Part shown: piece by piece, positions 7,442 through 15,522 of the stretch
Numbering within the stretch: position 1 is the first letter of the stretch
Layout of the letters: every line of letters begins with the position of its first letter
Source: Escherichia phage vB_EcoS_IME347
Direction: 5' to 3' (one strand)
Sequence record: MH051918
DNA: 50,048 nt
Made by a program: the position numbers and the translations under genes
Notes under the pieces: model-generated
Told to the model about the DNA's origin: nothing
The model's database searches: none
The model's input: only the letters and a program-made list of their open reading frames with translations

Positions 7442-7645
7442 ATGAGCAACACAATCAAACTTCGCACGACTCACGCCGATTGCCCTTGGATTACTCCGGG
7501 CAAGATTTACGAGGCCGAATTGGTTGCGAAAGATGGATTTGACGGACTGTATCGGCTGAAGAATCCAGACTTCGGAGAGGTGCTCACTGCAATTGAGAAC
7601 TCCTGTCATTTGGGCGGGGAAAGTTGGGAAGTAGTCACCGAATAG
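7442..7645 (+). CDS. hypothetical early protein (67 aa)
   Basis: Closely follows the previous ORF; contains the ITPGKIYE motif shared with ORF 4726. Confidence 0.45.
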   Translation: MSNTIKLRTTHADCPWITPGKIYEAELVAKDGFDGLYRLKNPDFGEVLTAIENSCHLGGESWEVVTE

Positions 7646-7692
7646 CACGAATTGCTAAAAGTTCCGCAAGGGCATTTGATAGAATGCCCTTA
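7641..7692 (+). promoter_or_regulatory. intergenic motif module (AATAGCACGAATTGCTAAAA + hairpin with TGATAGAAT)
   Basis: Motif overlaps stop TAG; inverted repeat caagggca..tgccctt enclosing TGATAGAAT. Confidence 0.5.
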
Positions 7693-7718
7693 TTGAAACG
7701 AAGCAAAGGAAAATAGAA

Positions 7719-7928
7719 ATGAAACCAGCAATTTTCGAAGCACGTCGCACTTATGGCGCAATCCTCTCCGGGATTCAGTACGAAGTAATGAGCAGTGAGG
7801 ATGGTTACTATATTCAGGTGGACGACGACGGCACTTGCTACGAGGTTATTTTCGACAAGTACGATCCCGATGTTTGCATGTTGAAACATGCGCAGTTAAT
7901 CCGATTCGATCGAGTGGAGGAAGCATAA
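7719..7928 (+). CDS. hypothetical early protein (69 aa)
   Basis: RBS AAAGGAAA; ORF in track. Confidence 0.45.
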   Translation: MKPAIFEARRTYGAILSGIQYEVMSSEDGYYIQVDDDGTCYEVIFDKYDPDVCMLKHAQLIRFDRVEEA

Positions 7929-8260
7929 TGTTACAGGTCAACCTTTCAGAGAAACAGGCTCGCGAGTTTTACGACTTCTGCTTGCGCGTCGCTGGTGTGC
8001 AGGACAATCCAGTAATCCGGGAAATGTTCAGCGTTATTGAACGCCAGATCCTGCCGGACTCAACCAACAAGGCGGAGTTCGCAGCGTGGAGGAGCAAGCG
8101 AATCACTCCGGCAATTGTCGAAGCGTGGAAGCGCAAGAACGGATCGCCTCGCATCGTGTTTGCGAACGGTGAACCTCGTCGAAATATGGGTTGCGTCGTT
8201 CTCGGTGAATATGCTGATCTGGCAACCGGGCGAATGGTAACGGTGATGCATCATGATTAA
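7928..8260 (+). CDS. hypothetical early protein (110 aa)
   Basis: ATG at 7928 overlapping the upstream stop (TAATG), in frame with track ORF 7835..8260. Confidence 0.5.
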   Translation: MLQVNLSEKQAREFYDFCLRVAGVQDNPVIREMFSVIERQILPDSTNKAEFAAWRSKRITPAIVEAWKRKNGSPRIVFANGEPRRNMGCVVLGEYADLATGRMVTVMHHD

Positions 8261-8408
8261 GTTTATCCACACTTTCAAAGTGTCGTCCGGCAAAGAGCGG
8301 AAAGAGATCGTGAAGGTTTACGGGAGTCCGGTTAAGGCAAAAGAGCAATTGCGTTTGCTTGGTGGTCGGATTGATGTTGTTAAACATGTTGAATTCTGGA
8401 GTAAGTAA
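8253..8408 (+). CDS. small basic hypothetical protein (51 aa)
   Basis: ATG overlaps the end of the upstream ORF; the next ORF starts 2 nt after its stop; below track cutoff. Confidence 0.3.
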   Translation: MIKFIHTFKVSSGKERKEIVKVYGSPVKAKEQLRLLGGRIDVVKHVEFWSK

Positions 8409-8409
8409 G

Positions 8410-8640
8410 ATGTTTGGTTTAAGTGAAGCGCATTACAATATTGTCAAACGTGCGGCGCGCGGTCTGAACGACGCAATCAGCGAACTACCGAAGGCCGATC
8501 GAAAGAAGGAGCAAATCGTCATTAAGGTGATCGATAAGCATTACGAACCAGTTGCGACACTGATTAACCGGATGCGCTTCGTTTGGGTGGCGGGCTATCT
8601 CGCCGGGCGCGTAGGAAACAAAAATGGGGACTACGAATAA
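8410..8640 (+). CDS. hypothetical early protein (76 aa)
   Basis: In-frame ATG at 8410 within track ORF. Confidence 0.45.
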   Translation: MFGLSEAHYNIVKRAARGLNDAISELPKADRKKEQIVIKVIDKHYEPVATLINRMRFVWVAGYLAGRVGNKNGDYE

Positions 8641-8834
8641 TGATCGGGAAAGTGGATTGGGTGAAGTGCGAACGGGCATATCACGAAAGCGGGTTCACGG
8701 CGGGTTGCGAATATCAGGTTCTGAAGTTCGATTCCCGGCTCGGAGTCATGACGATCCAGAATGAGCGCGGCGAGCGTTGCTTGGTGAGTCACCCTCACGA
8801 CATAAATTACGGAGAGTTTCGAATTATCGATTGA
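8640..8834 (+). CDS. hypothetical early protein (64 aa)
   Basis: TAATG overlap with the upstream ORF. Confidence 0.45.
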   Translation: MIGKVDWVKCERAYHESGFTAGCEYQVLKFDSRLGVMTIQNERGERCLVSHPHDINYGEFRIID

Positions 8835-8990
8835 CTCGAATCTCTGAACGGTGATATCATTCTTTCCGTAGACAAAAGAGGCGCTTAGGCGCAACGCGCA
8901 TCGCGATAGATGCATAACCTTTGTAGTATCGGGGCGTAGTGGTAAGCCCGCCGCAGACCCGTAAGCGGCTCAAATTCACAGGAGCTTTAC

Positions 8991-9152
8991 ATGAAGCAAG
9001 ATATCAAAATCGAAATCAAAGTAACCCGAAACGGCGAAATCACTCGCTACAAAAAATCACTCAAGCCGGGCGAGGCTGTAATCGGTCGAATCGCTGGTGT
9101 GATGCTGAAGGCGCAGGAAGATGAAGCGATTCACGGTAAAGCTAACGATTAA
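8991..9152 (+). CDS. small hypothetical protein (53 aa)
   Basis: AGGAG 7 nt upstream of ATG 8991; partially overlaps the alternative track ORF 9121..9306, so only one of the two may be real. Confidence 0.3.
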   Translation: MKQDIKIEIKVTRNGEITRYKKSLKPGEAVIGRIAGVMLKAQEDEAIHGKAND

Positions 9153-9308
9153 GCGAATGGGGCGCAGGTGCTCAACCTGCCGCCAAAACTTCGAAACCGA
9201 AGTAAAAGCGAGTTCCGCAGAAGAAGCCGTAGCAAAGGCTAAACTCCAGTCAGGAGCCAATGCGGACACTCACCAGTTTTCAATCAACCTTGTAAGGGAA
9301 ATTTAACC

Positions 9309-9533
9309 ATGACAACTTTTTTATTCATTCTCGCCTTTATCGCTGTTTTCGTGCTTGGTATCGCGTCTGCTCTTCTGCTTATCGCCTTTATCGTGAAGCA
9401 CGACGCCGAAACTGACGAAGGCGTGTGGCTGACGTACAATCGCAGTGAGGATGTTTGGAAGTGCTTCGGTGATTTGCCAGCAGTCTACGCGAAGGCTCAA
9501 ACTCACAAAAAGCCGATACAAAAAATCTGCTAA
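9309..9533 (+). CDS. small membrane protein (74 aa)
   Basis: N-terminal transmembrane helix FLFILAFIAVFVLGIASALLLIAFIV; last ORF before the early-region terminator. Confidence 0.5.
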   Translation: MTTFLFILAFIAVFVLGIASALLLIAFIVKHDAETDEGVWLTYNRSEDVWKCFGDLPAVYAKAQTHKKPIQKIC

Positions 9534-9537
9534 AACT

Positions 9538-9561
9538 AAACCCGCCTCGGCGGGTTTTTTT
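9538..9561 (+). terminator. intrinsic terminator ending the early gene array
   Basis: GC stem cccgcc-tcg-gcggg followed by a T7 run. Confidence 0.7.
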
Positions 9562-9579
9562 ACGTCTGGAGTATGATAA

Positions 9580-9598
9580 AATAGCACGAAATGTTAAA
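9580..9598 (+). promoter_or_regulatory. intergenic motif copy (AATAGCACGAAATGTTAAA) upstream of terS
   Basis: Motif variant between the terminator and the RBS GGAGG at 9604-9608. Confidence 0.45.
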
Positions 9599-9614
9599 CA
9601 TCGGAGGACGTTTT

Positions 9615-10139
9615 ATGGAACGGAAAGAGAAAGCGCCCGTAGTGCAGGGCGGTAATTTTAAGGAGCTATACCGAAAGAAATTCGGAACGATTATCGGAAA
9701 ATCAGCCAGCTTCACGCCTGAACAGGTTTTCGATCTGGCGGTGAAGTATTTCACGTGGGCGGAGGACAACGCAATTAAAGCCTCTGAGACAGCGAGTTTT
9801 CAGGGTGAAGTGGAGGAGTCACTCGTTCATAAACCGCGCGTGTTTACTCACAACGGCTTCCGCCTGTTCCTTGGGATCAGCGAGTCGGCGGTCACGAAGT
9901 GGCGGCGACAGGAAGATTTCGCAGAGGTGATGGAGTTCGTTGATACGGTAATCAGCGAGCAGAAATTCCAGCTTGCAGCTAACGGCGTGATTAATGCCTC
10001 GTTCATCGGGAAAGACTTGGGGATCGACAAGCCAGCGACAATCAACATCGACAACCAAGCGAACGCCACGGCGGGCGCGATCGCCTCCACTGAGTCCGCG
10101 ATGCGCGATGCGGTAGAGAGTATTCTGGATAACCTTTAA
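9615..10139 (+). CDS. terS: terminase small subunit (putative)
   Basis: ATG at 9615 with GGAGG RBS; lies immediately upstream of the large terminase gene; HTH-like segment. Confidence 0.55.
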   Translation: MERKEKAPVVQGGNFKELYRKKFGTIIGKSASFTPEQVFDLAVKYFTWAEDNAIKASETASFQGEVEESLVHKPRVFTHNGFRLFLGISESAVTKWRRQEDFAEVMEFVDTVISEQKFQLAANGVINASFIGKDLGIDKPATINIDNQANATAGAIASTESAMRDAVESILDNL

Positions 10140-10172
10140 TCTTCGGGCGGTTCGCCGCCCTTTGGAGTTTTC

Positions 10173-11744
10173 ATGTTAGTGTGGGAAGAACTGGACGCAA
10201 CGCAAAAGCTTGCGATCAAGAAAATGAGCGAGGCAAGTTTCGAAAAGATGATTCGGATCTGGTTTCAGCTTATTCAGGCGCAGCAATTTAAACCTAACTG
10301 GCATCACCTTTACCTTTGTCACGAGGTGGAGGAAATCATCGCCGGGCGGCGCGGGAATACGATCTTCAACGTAACGCCGGGTTCCGGTAAAACCGAAGTG
10401 TTTTCGATTCACCTCCCTGTGTACGCGATGCTTCGCGTGAACAAGATCCGAAACCTGAACGTGTCGTTTGCCGATAGTCTCGTCAAGCGTAACAGCAAGC
10501 GAGTGCGAGAAATCATCGCATCGAAAGAGTTCCAAGAGTTATGGCCTTGCGGGTTCGCCACGTCCAAAGATGATGAAATTCAGGTTCTCAATCAGGCTGG
10601 CAAGGTGTGGTTCGAACTGATATCCAAGGCGGCTGGCGGACAAATTACGGGTTCTCGTGGTGGCTACATGAGCGACGGATTCTCCGGGATGGTGATGCTT
10701 GACGATATCGACAAGCCGGACGATATGTTTTCCAAGGTCAAGCGAGAGCGTACACACACGCTCCTGAAGAATACAATCCGAAGCCGAAGGATGCACAACG
10801 AAACGCCGATTATCGCCATACAGCAGCGCCTACACGCGCAGGATTCGACGTGGTTCATGATGTCGGGCGGAATGGGGATAGACTTCGAACAGATCTCAAT
10901 CCCGGCTCTCGTTACTGAGGAATACGGGCAATCGCTTCCTGAATGGTTACGCCCTCACTTCGAGAAGGATGTTCTCTCGTCCGAGTATGTGATGATAGAC
11001 GGAGTGAAGCATTACAGCTTCTGGCCTGACAAGGAATCTGTTCACGATCTGATTGCATTGCGAGAGGCAGACCAGTACACGTTCGACTCGCAGTACCAGC
11101 AGCGCCCGATCGCGCTTGGTGGCTCCGTGTTTAACTCGGAGTGGTGGACGTACTACGGAAACAGCCTTGAGGCTGACGAACCAGATCCCGGCAAGTTTGA
11201 CTATCGTTTCATTACGGCTGATACCGCTCAGAAAACAGGTGAGCTTAATGACTACACTGTATTCTGTCTTTGGGGTAAGAAAAACGATAAGGTGTACTTT
11301 ATCGACGGGGTTCGCGGAAAGTGGAAAGCGCCGGAAATGGAGACTCAGTTTAAATCATTCGTTAGCACGGCATGGCGTCACAATAAGTCGATGGGCGTAC
11401 TCAGAAAAATCTACGTGGAGGATAAAGCGAGCGGGACGGGCTTGATTCAGAATCTGGAGAAGAAAACTCCCGTCCCGATCACGCCATTGCAGCGAAATAA
11501 GGATAAGGTTACTCGCGCGATGGATGCGCAGCCAGTAATCAAGGCCGGGCGCGTTGTTCTGCCTGAATCGCATCCTATGCTTTCCGAAATCATCACGGAG
11601 CATAGCGCATTCACATACGACGACACGCACCCTCACGACGATATTGTCGATAACTTCATGGATGCGGCAAACATCGAACTTCTGACGATAGACGATCCTA
11701 TCGAACGAATGAAACGCCTTGCGGGAATGGCAAAGCGCAAGTAA
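10173..11744 (+). CDS. terL: terminase large subunit
   Basis: Walker A TPGSGKTE and acidic Walker B-like LDDIDKPDD in the N-terminal half, with a C-terminal nuclease-like half; 523 aa. Confidence 0.85.
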   Translation: MLVWEELDATQKLAIKKMSEASFEKMIRIWFQLIQAQQFKPNWHHLYLCHEVEEIIAGRRGNTIFNVTPGSGKTEVFSIHLPVYAMLRVNKIRNLNVSFADSLVKRNSKRVREIIASKEFQELWPCGFATSKDDEIQVLNQAGKVWFELISKAAGGQITGSRGGYMSDGFSGMVMLDDIDKPDDMFSKVKRERTHTLLKNTIRSRRMHNETPIIAIQQRLHAQDSTWFMMSGGMGIDFEQISIPALVTEEYGQSLPEWLRPHFEKDVLSSEYVMIDGVKHYSFWPDKESVHDLIALREADQYTFDSQYQQRPIALGGSVFNSEWWTYYGNSLEADEPDPGKFDYRFITADTAQKTGELNDYTVFCLWGKKNDKVYFIDGVRGKWKAPEMETQFKSFVSTAWRHNKSMGVLRKIYVEDKASGTGLIQNLEKKTPVPITPLQRNKDKVTRAMDAQPVIKAGRVVLPESHPMLSEIITEHSAFTYDDTHPHDDIVDNFMDAANIELLTIDDPIERMKRLAGMAKRK

Positions 11745-11750
11745 ACGAGG

Positions 11751-11797
11751 TATAATCAGGGCTGGATTTTTCCAGCCCTTTTTTATTGGAGGTAGTA
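11751..11797 (+). promoter_or_regulatory. late leader module: TATAAT + hairpin + UUUUUUAUU + GGAGG
   Basis: TATAAT at 11751-11756; stem cagggctgg..ccagccc; T-rich run then GGAGG immediately before the portal ATG; same architecture at 15474-15522 and 17154-17205. Confidence 0.5.
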
Positions 11798-13111
11798 ATG
11801 AAAATTGTTAAGCAAGATGGGTACAACGAGATCTTTAACGGCGGTGCTGAAGGCGCTCCAAAACCTTTCTACGTAAGCAATCCGCTTGCTTACGGGTTGG
11901 GTTATCTTTACGAGAATAACGGTCTTGCTCGTCGAATCATCGACGTTGTACCGGAAGAAATGGTAGCGCCCGGATTCAAGGTTTCTGGTGTGCAGGATGA
12001 AGCGGCCTTTCGCTCCTCGTGGGATGAACTGGAAATTGAAGGTCATATCGTTGATGCGCTTGCGTGGCGTCGCCTGTATGGTGGTTCAGCTATCGTGGCG
12101 ATCATCAATGACGGTCGGAAGCTAACCTCTCCGGCAAAACCCGAGGGTGTGCTGGAAGGCGTCCGAGTGTACGATCGGGATCAGGTTCAAGTGGAGAAGA
12201 AAGAAACCAACGCGCGAAACATTCGCTACGGCGAGCCTGTTTTGTACAAGATTTCCCCCGGCGACGGGCTGACCCCTTATCTTGTTCACCACACCCGAAT
12301 CAAGATTCTGGACGGCGAACGCCTTCCCCTTCAGCAGCGAAAGATGAATGACGGATGGGGCGCTTCAGTCCTGAATAAGTCTCTGATTGAAGCGATTTAC
12401 GATTACGAGTATTGCGAGGAGCTTGCGACTCAATTACTACGCCGTAAGCAGCAAGCAGTTTGGAAGGTTAAAGGGTTGGCGGAAATGTGTGACGACGACG
12501 AAGCGCAATTCGCTGCACGAATCCGATTGGCTCAGGTGGATGATAATTCCGGTGTCGGTAAGGCGGTTGGTATCGATGCGGAAACGGAGGAATACGAGAT
12601 CCTAAACTCCGACGTTAACGGTGTGTCTGAATTCCTTCAGGGCAAATTCGATCGCATCGTGTCGCTATCCGGGATTCACGAAATCATCCTGAAGAATAAG
12701 AACGTCGGCGGCGTAAGCGCAAGCCAGAATACGGCGCTTGAGACTTTCTATAAGTTGATTGACCGCCAGCGCGCGGAGCATTACCTCCCGATTCTGGAAT
12801 TTCTGCTCCCGTACATGCTGCACGAAAATGAATGGTCTGTGGAGTTCGAACCGCTCTCCATGCCTTCGGAAAAGGAAGCGTCGGAAACAACGAAGAATCA
12901 CGTTGAGGCTATTCGCGGTGCTCTGGAAGATCAGATGATTGACTTAGAAGAGGCTCGCGATACATTGCAATCCGTTGCGCCAATGTTTAAGCTGAAAGAC
13001 CTGAACCACAAAGAGCTTGAGAGCCGTATGCAGGAACAACAGCAGCAAGAGCAGGAACCGGGCGTTAGCGAAGTAATCAGCGAATCGGAGGGAGAAGAGG
13101 GTGAAGATTAA
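11798..13111 (+). CDS. portal protein
   Basis: 437-aa ORF directly downstream of terL; acidic C-terminal tail; position conserved in siphovirus head modules. Confidence 0.75.
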   Translation: MKIVKQDGYNEIFNGGAEGAPKPFYVSNPLAYGLGYLYENNGLARRIIDVVPEEMVAPGFKVSGVQDEAAFRSSWDELEIEGHIVDALAWRRLYGGSAIVAIINDGRKLTSPAKPEGVLEGVRVYDRDQVQVEKKETNARNIRYGEPVLYKISPGDGLTPYLVHHTRIKILDGERLPLQQRKMNDGWGASVLNKSLIEAIYDYEYCEELATQLLRRKQQAVWKVKGLAEMCDDDEAQFAARIRLAQVDDNSGVGKAVGIDAETEEYEILNSDVNGVSEFLQGKFDRIVSLSGIHEIILKNKNVGGVSASQNTALETFYKLIDRQRAEHYLPILEFLLPYMLHENEWSVEFEPLSMPSEKEASETTKNHVEAIRGALEDQMIDLEEARDTLQSVAPMFKLKDLNHKELESRMQEQQQQEQEPGVSEVISESEGEEGED

Positions 13112-13865
13112 CGGGATCGCTAAGAAATGGCGCTTTCCTGAATCCAGCGAGCGGCAACTGAGCCGCTCAATGGAGCAATTTACGGGCGCGATCGTCGCCC
13201 GTATGCAGGAGAGTTTTAAGCCGATGAAGTGGGATGCTGACGAAGAGCAGATCGATCAGACTGAACGTGACTTGCTGGATTATGCTGAAGAGCTAATCGC
13301 CGCTCTGTTCGTATCTCTCCCGGCGTTGGCGTACACCATCTACAAGTTCAACTCAAAGCAGTTTTTGAAGGTGGCGCGTAGTGCTGGAGGGGGAAAGAAC
13401 GAGTCCGTAATGTTGCTTGCTCTGATTGGTGCAAACGGCTCCGAGCCGTGGTATTCGCCTCAGTACAAACTGTGGGAGTCTCAGGCCAAAACATCGATCA
13501 GGAAGTTCGCTGCGAATGCGATTACTGACTTCACGGACAGGCTTCGCAATGCTGCGGCTAACGGGTACGATCGCGAACGTGCTTACGAGGAAACCAATCA
13601 GAGATATAAGGTTTATTCATCTTGGGCGCGTAACCGTGCATCAGGGATCGTGACCACTTGGAACAGCAGAATGATGCGCCAACGTCTGAAGGATGCTCAA
13701 GTTACGCATTACTTTTGGCGTGGAATGATGGATTTACGCGAACGCGAGAAACATGTAAGATGGGAGGGAAAACGCATCCCTATCGACAGTAATCACATAT
13801 TCCCCGGCGAGGAATACAACTGCCGTTGTTGGGCTGTCCCTGACTTCTCAAAAATTGGAGATTAA
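13101..13865 (+). CDS. head morphogenesis protein (minor head protein, putative)
   Basis: Synteny between portal and scaffold; probable GTG start after GGAGAAGAGG; start and product uncertain. Confidence 0.5.
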   Translation: MKINGIAKKWRFPESSERQLSRSMEQFTGAIVARMQESFKPMKWDADEEQIDQTERDLLDYAEELIAALFVSLPALAYTIYKFNSKQFLKVARSAGGGKNESVMLLALIGANGSEPWYSPQYKLWESQAKTSIRKFAANAITDFTDRLRNAAANGYDRERAYEETNQRYKVYSSWARNRASGIVTTWNSRMMRQRLKDAQVTHYFWRGMMDLREREKHVRWEGKRIPIDSNHIFPGEEYNCRCWAVPDFSKIGD

Positions 13866-13868
13866 ATA

Positions 13869-14975
13869 ATGAAGGCAAAGCAAAGGTTCGACAGTGTAAA
13901 AATCAAGGCGCACTTTGATGAACATGGTTTCTTGGTTGACCGTCCGATCGTGGCGCGAATCGGCGCTCAAACGTACCGCACCCCGCATGGGGATCGAGTT
14001 GAGTTCCGCCCGGCCTCGGAGGTTTTCAAGGCTGAATCTCTGGAGACTTATGCGGGCAAGCCCGTAACTATCGGTCACGTAACCGTAAATCCAGACAATG
14101 CGGAAAGCGTGGTTGTGGGATCTTGCGCTGGCTCTGGAATCCCGTCCGGGATCGGGGTTGAGGTTCCAATGTCAATCTACAGCCAGCGAGCGATCGACAA
14201 AGCGAAGTCGAAGGCGGCGGCGGAAATCTCCGTGGGCTACACGTCCGAAGATATCGAAAAGCCGGGTTGGGGTTCCAATGAAACTGGCGAATACATCTTC
14301 GAAGAGGATATGAAGCAGGACGAAGCGCCCCCGGCTGGATGGGTTCACTTTGACGCCCTGCAAACGAACATCAAAGTTAATCACGTCGCGCTTGTGTTTA
14401 AAGGCCGTGCGGGAATCGCTAAATTGAACCTTGATAGCGAGCAGGAATTCCCGTATGATAACGACGTTGACACAAACAAAGAGGATAATGAAATGACTGT
14501 AAAAATTAAGATCGACTCCGCAGAAGTGGAAGTGACCAAGGATGTTGCCGCACACATCGAAAAGCTGAATGCTGAAATCGCAACTGTTCAGGGCAAGGCC
14601 GATGGTCTGGAAGCTGAACGCGATAACCTGAAAGAGAAGGTTGACGGCATCCCGGCGCAAATCGAAGCGGCTGTAGCTCAGGCGAAAGCTGACGCTGAAG
14701 CAATGACCGCGCTTATCGCTCTCGCCTCCGAAGCTGGCGTGAAGTGTGACGGTCTGGACGCTAAAGGAATCAAGGTAGCATTCATCAAAGAAACTACCGG
14801 GAAAGATGTTTCCACCAAATCAGACGCCTATATCGAAACAGCTTTCGACTTTGCGAAAGATTGTGATAACATGGCCTCACAGCGTCAAAGCATTAAAGGC
14901 GATGCCGCGAAAGAAAAAGAGGACGAAAAGCCGGAACTGACTCCGAACTCTCGCCTCGCTAAACTCAACAAGTAA
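13869..14975 (+). CDS. head scaffolding / prohead-protease-like protein (putative)
   Basis: Globular N-terminal domain followed by a long Ala/Glu/Lys-rich predicted coiled-coil C-terminal half; position between portal/morphogenesis genes and capsid genes. Confidence 0.45.
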   Translation: MKAKQRFDSVKIKAHFDEHGFLVDRPIVARIGAQTYRTPHGDRVEFRPASEVFKAESLETYAGKPVTIGHVTVNPDNAESVVVGSCAGSGIPSGIGVEVPMSIYSQRAIDKAKSKAAAEISVGYTSEDIEKPGWGSNETGEYIFEEDMKQDEAPPAGWVHFDALQTNIKVNHVALVFKGRAGIAKLNLDSEQEFPYDNDVDTNKEDNEMTVKIKIDSAEVEVTKDVAAHIEKLNAEIATVQGKADGLEAERDNLKEKVDGIPAQIEAAVAQAKADAEAMTALIALASEAGVKCDGLDAKGIKVAFIKETTGKDVSTKSDAYIETAFDFAKDCDNMASQRQSIKGDAAKEKEDEKPELTPNSRLAKLNK

Positions 14976-14987
14976 GGAGAAGAAATT

Positions 14988-15464
14988 ATGGCAATTGCAG
15001 CAAGCTATCAGAAAGATATGTCTATCGCCGTTCCGGGTATGGTGGCAGACACCTCCCGTTACAACATCGACGGCGCTTGCGTACTGAGCGGTGACGTTGA
15101 TATCCTCGTCGGCGTTGCGGTTCAGGTTGACAACGTTCAGGCCGTTGACGGTCACAAAGTCATGAAGCCTATGGCATCCGGCGGCAAGGCTTATGGTGTG
15201 GCGATTCGCTCCCACTTCCAGACTAAAGGCAAAGATGGTCAGATGTACTATGAAGCGGGCGGCGGCATTAACGTAATGACCTCCGGGCGCGTTTGGGTTA
15301 TCTCCAAAGATTCCACCGCTCCGGCGTTTGGTGAAACTGTCAACTTTGACGTTGACGGACAGCAGAAAGCAGACGGCGCGATCGAAACCGCATGGACTTA
15401 TGCGGGCGGCTTCACTACCTATCAGGATTTGAAGCTGGTTGAAATCCAATTGCATCAACTGTAA
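14988..15464 (+). CDS. capsid-associated protein, paralog 1 (decoration/cement-like, putative)
   Basis: RBS AAGGAG; shares YNIDGACV..GVAVQV..YGV..RS..GRVWV motifs with the next ORF. Confidence 0.5.
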   Translation: MAIAASYQKDMSIAVPGMVADTSRYNIDGACVLSGDVDILVGVAVQVDNVQAVDGHKVMKPMASGGKAYGVAIRSHFQTKGKDGQMYYEAGGGINVMTSGRVWVISKDSTAPAFGETVNFDVDGQQKADGAIETAWTYAGGFTTYQDLKLVEIQLHQL

Positions 15465-15473
15465 TAAGTAGCT

Positions 15474-15522
15474 AATATAGGGATTACCTTTTGGTAGTCC
15501 CTTTTTTATTGGAGGTAATAAA
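15474..15522 (+). promoter_or_regulatory. late leader module: TAATATAG + hairpin + UUUUUUAUU + GGAGG
   Basis: Hairpin gggattacc..ggtagtccc at 15480-15502, T run at 15503-15510, GGAGG at 15511-15515. Confidence 0.5.

Noticed and set aside
8895-8990. Possible tRNA gene (GC-rich segment ggggcgtagtggtaagcccgcc with a weak T-loop-like ctcaaattc)
   Set aside because: No cloverleaf could be built: no 7-bp acceptor stem pairing with a 3' end, no GTTCRANYC T-loop, and arm spacing is inconsistent. Treated as non-coding structure only.
9121-9306. Track ORF 9121..9306 as an alternative to ORF 8991..9152
   Set aside because: Its ATG is directly abutted by a purine-rich stretch with no spacer and it overlaps the better-initiated 8991 ORF; kept only as a possibility, not annotated.
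966-9600. CRISPR-like array suggested by the regularly repeated motif
   Set aside because: Intervals between repeats are gene-sized (80-1200 bp) and variable and contain ORFs with RBSs; repeats are not identical and there are no cas genes. It is an intergenic regulatory motif, not a CRISPR array.
10176-11636. Antisense and alternative-frame ORFs within the large terminase gene (e.g. 10176..10535 -, 11053..11445 +, 11355..11636 -)
   Set aside because: Embedded in a gene with clear Walker motifs; no independent translation signals.
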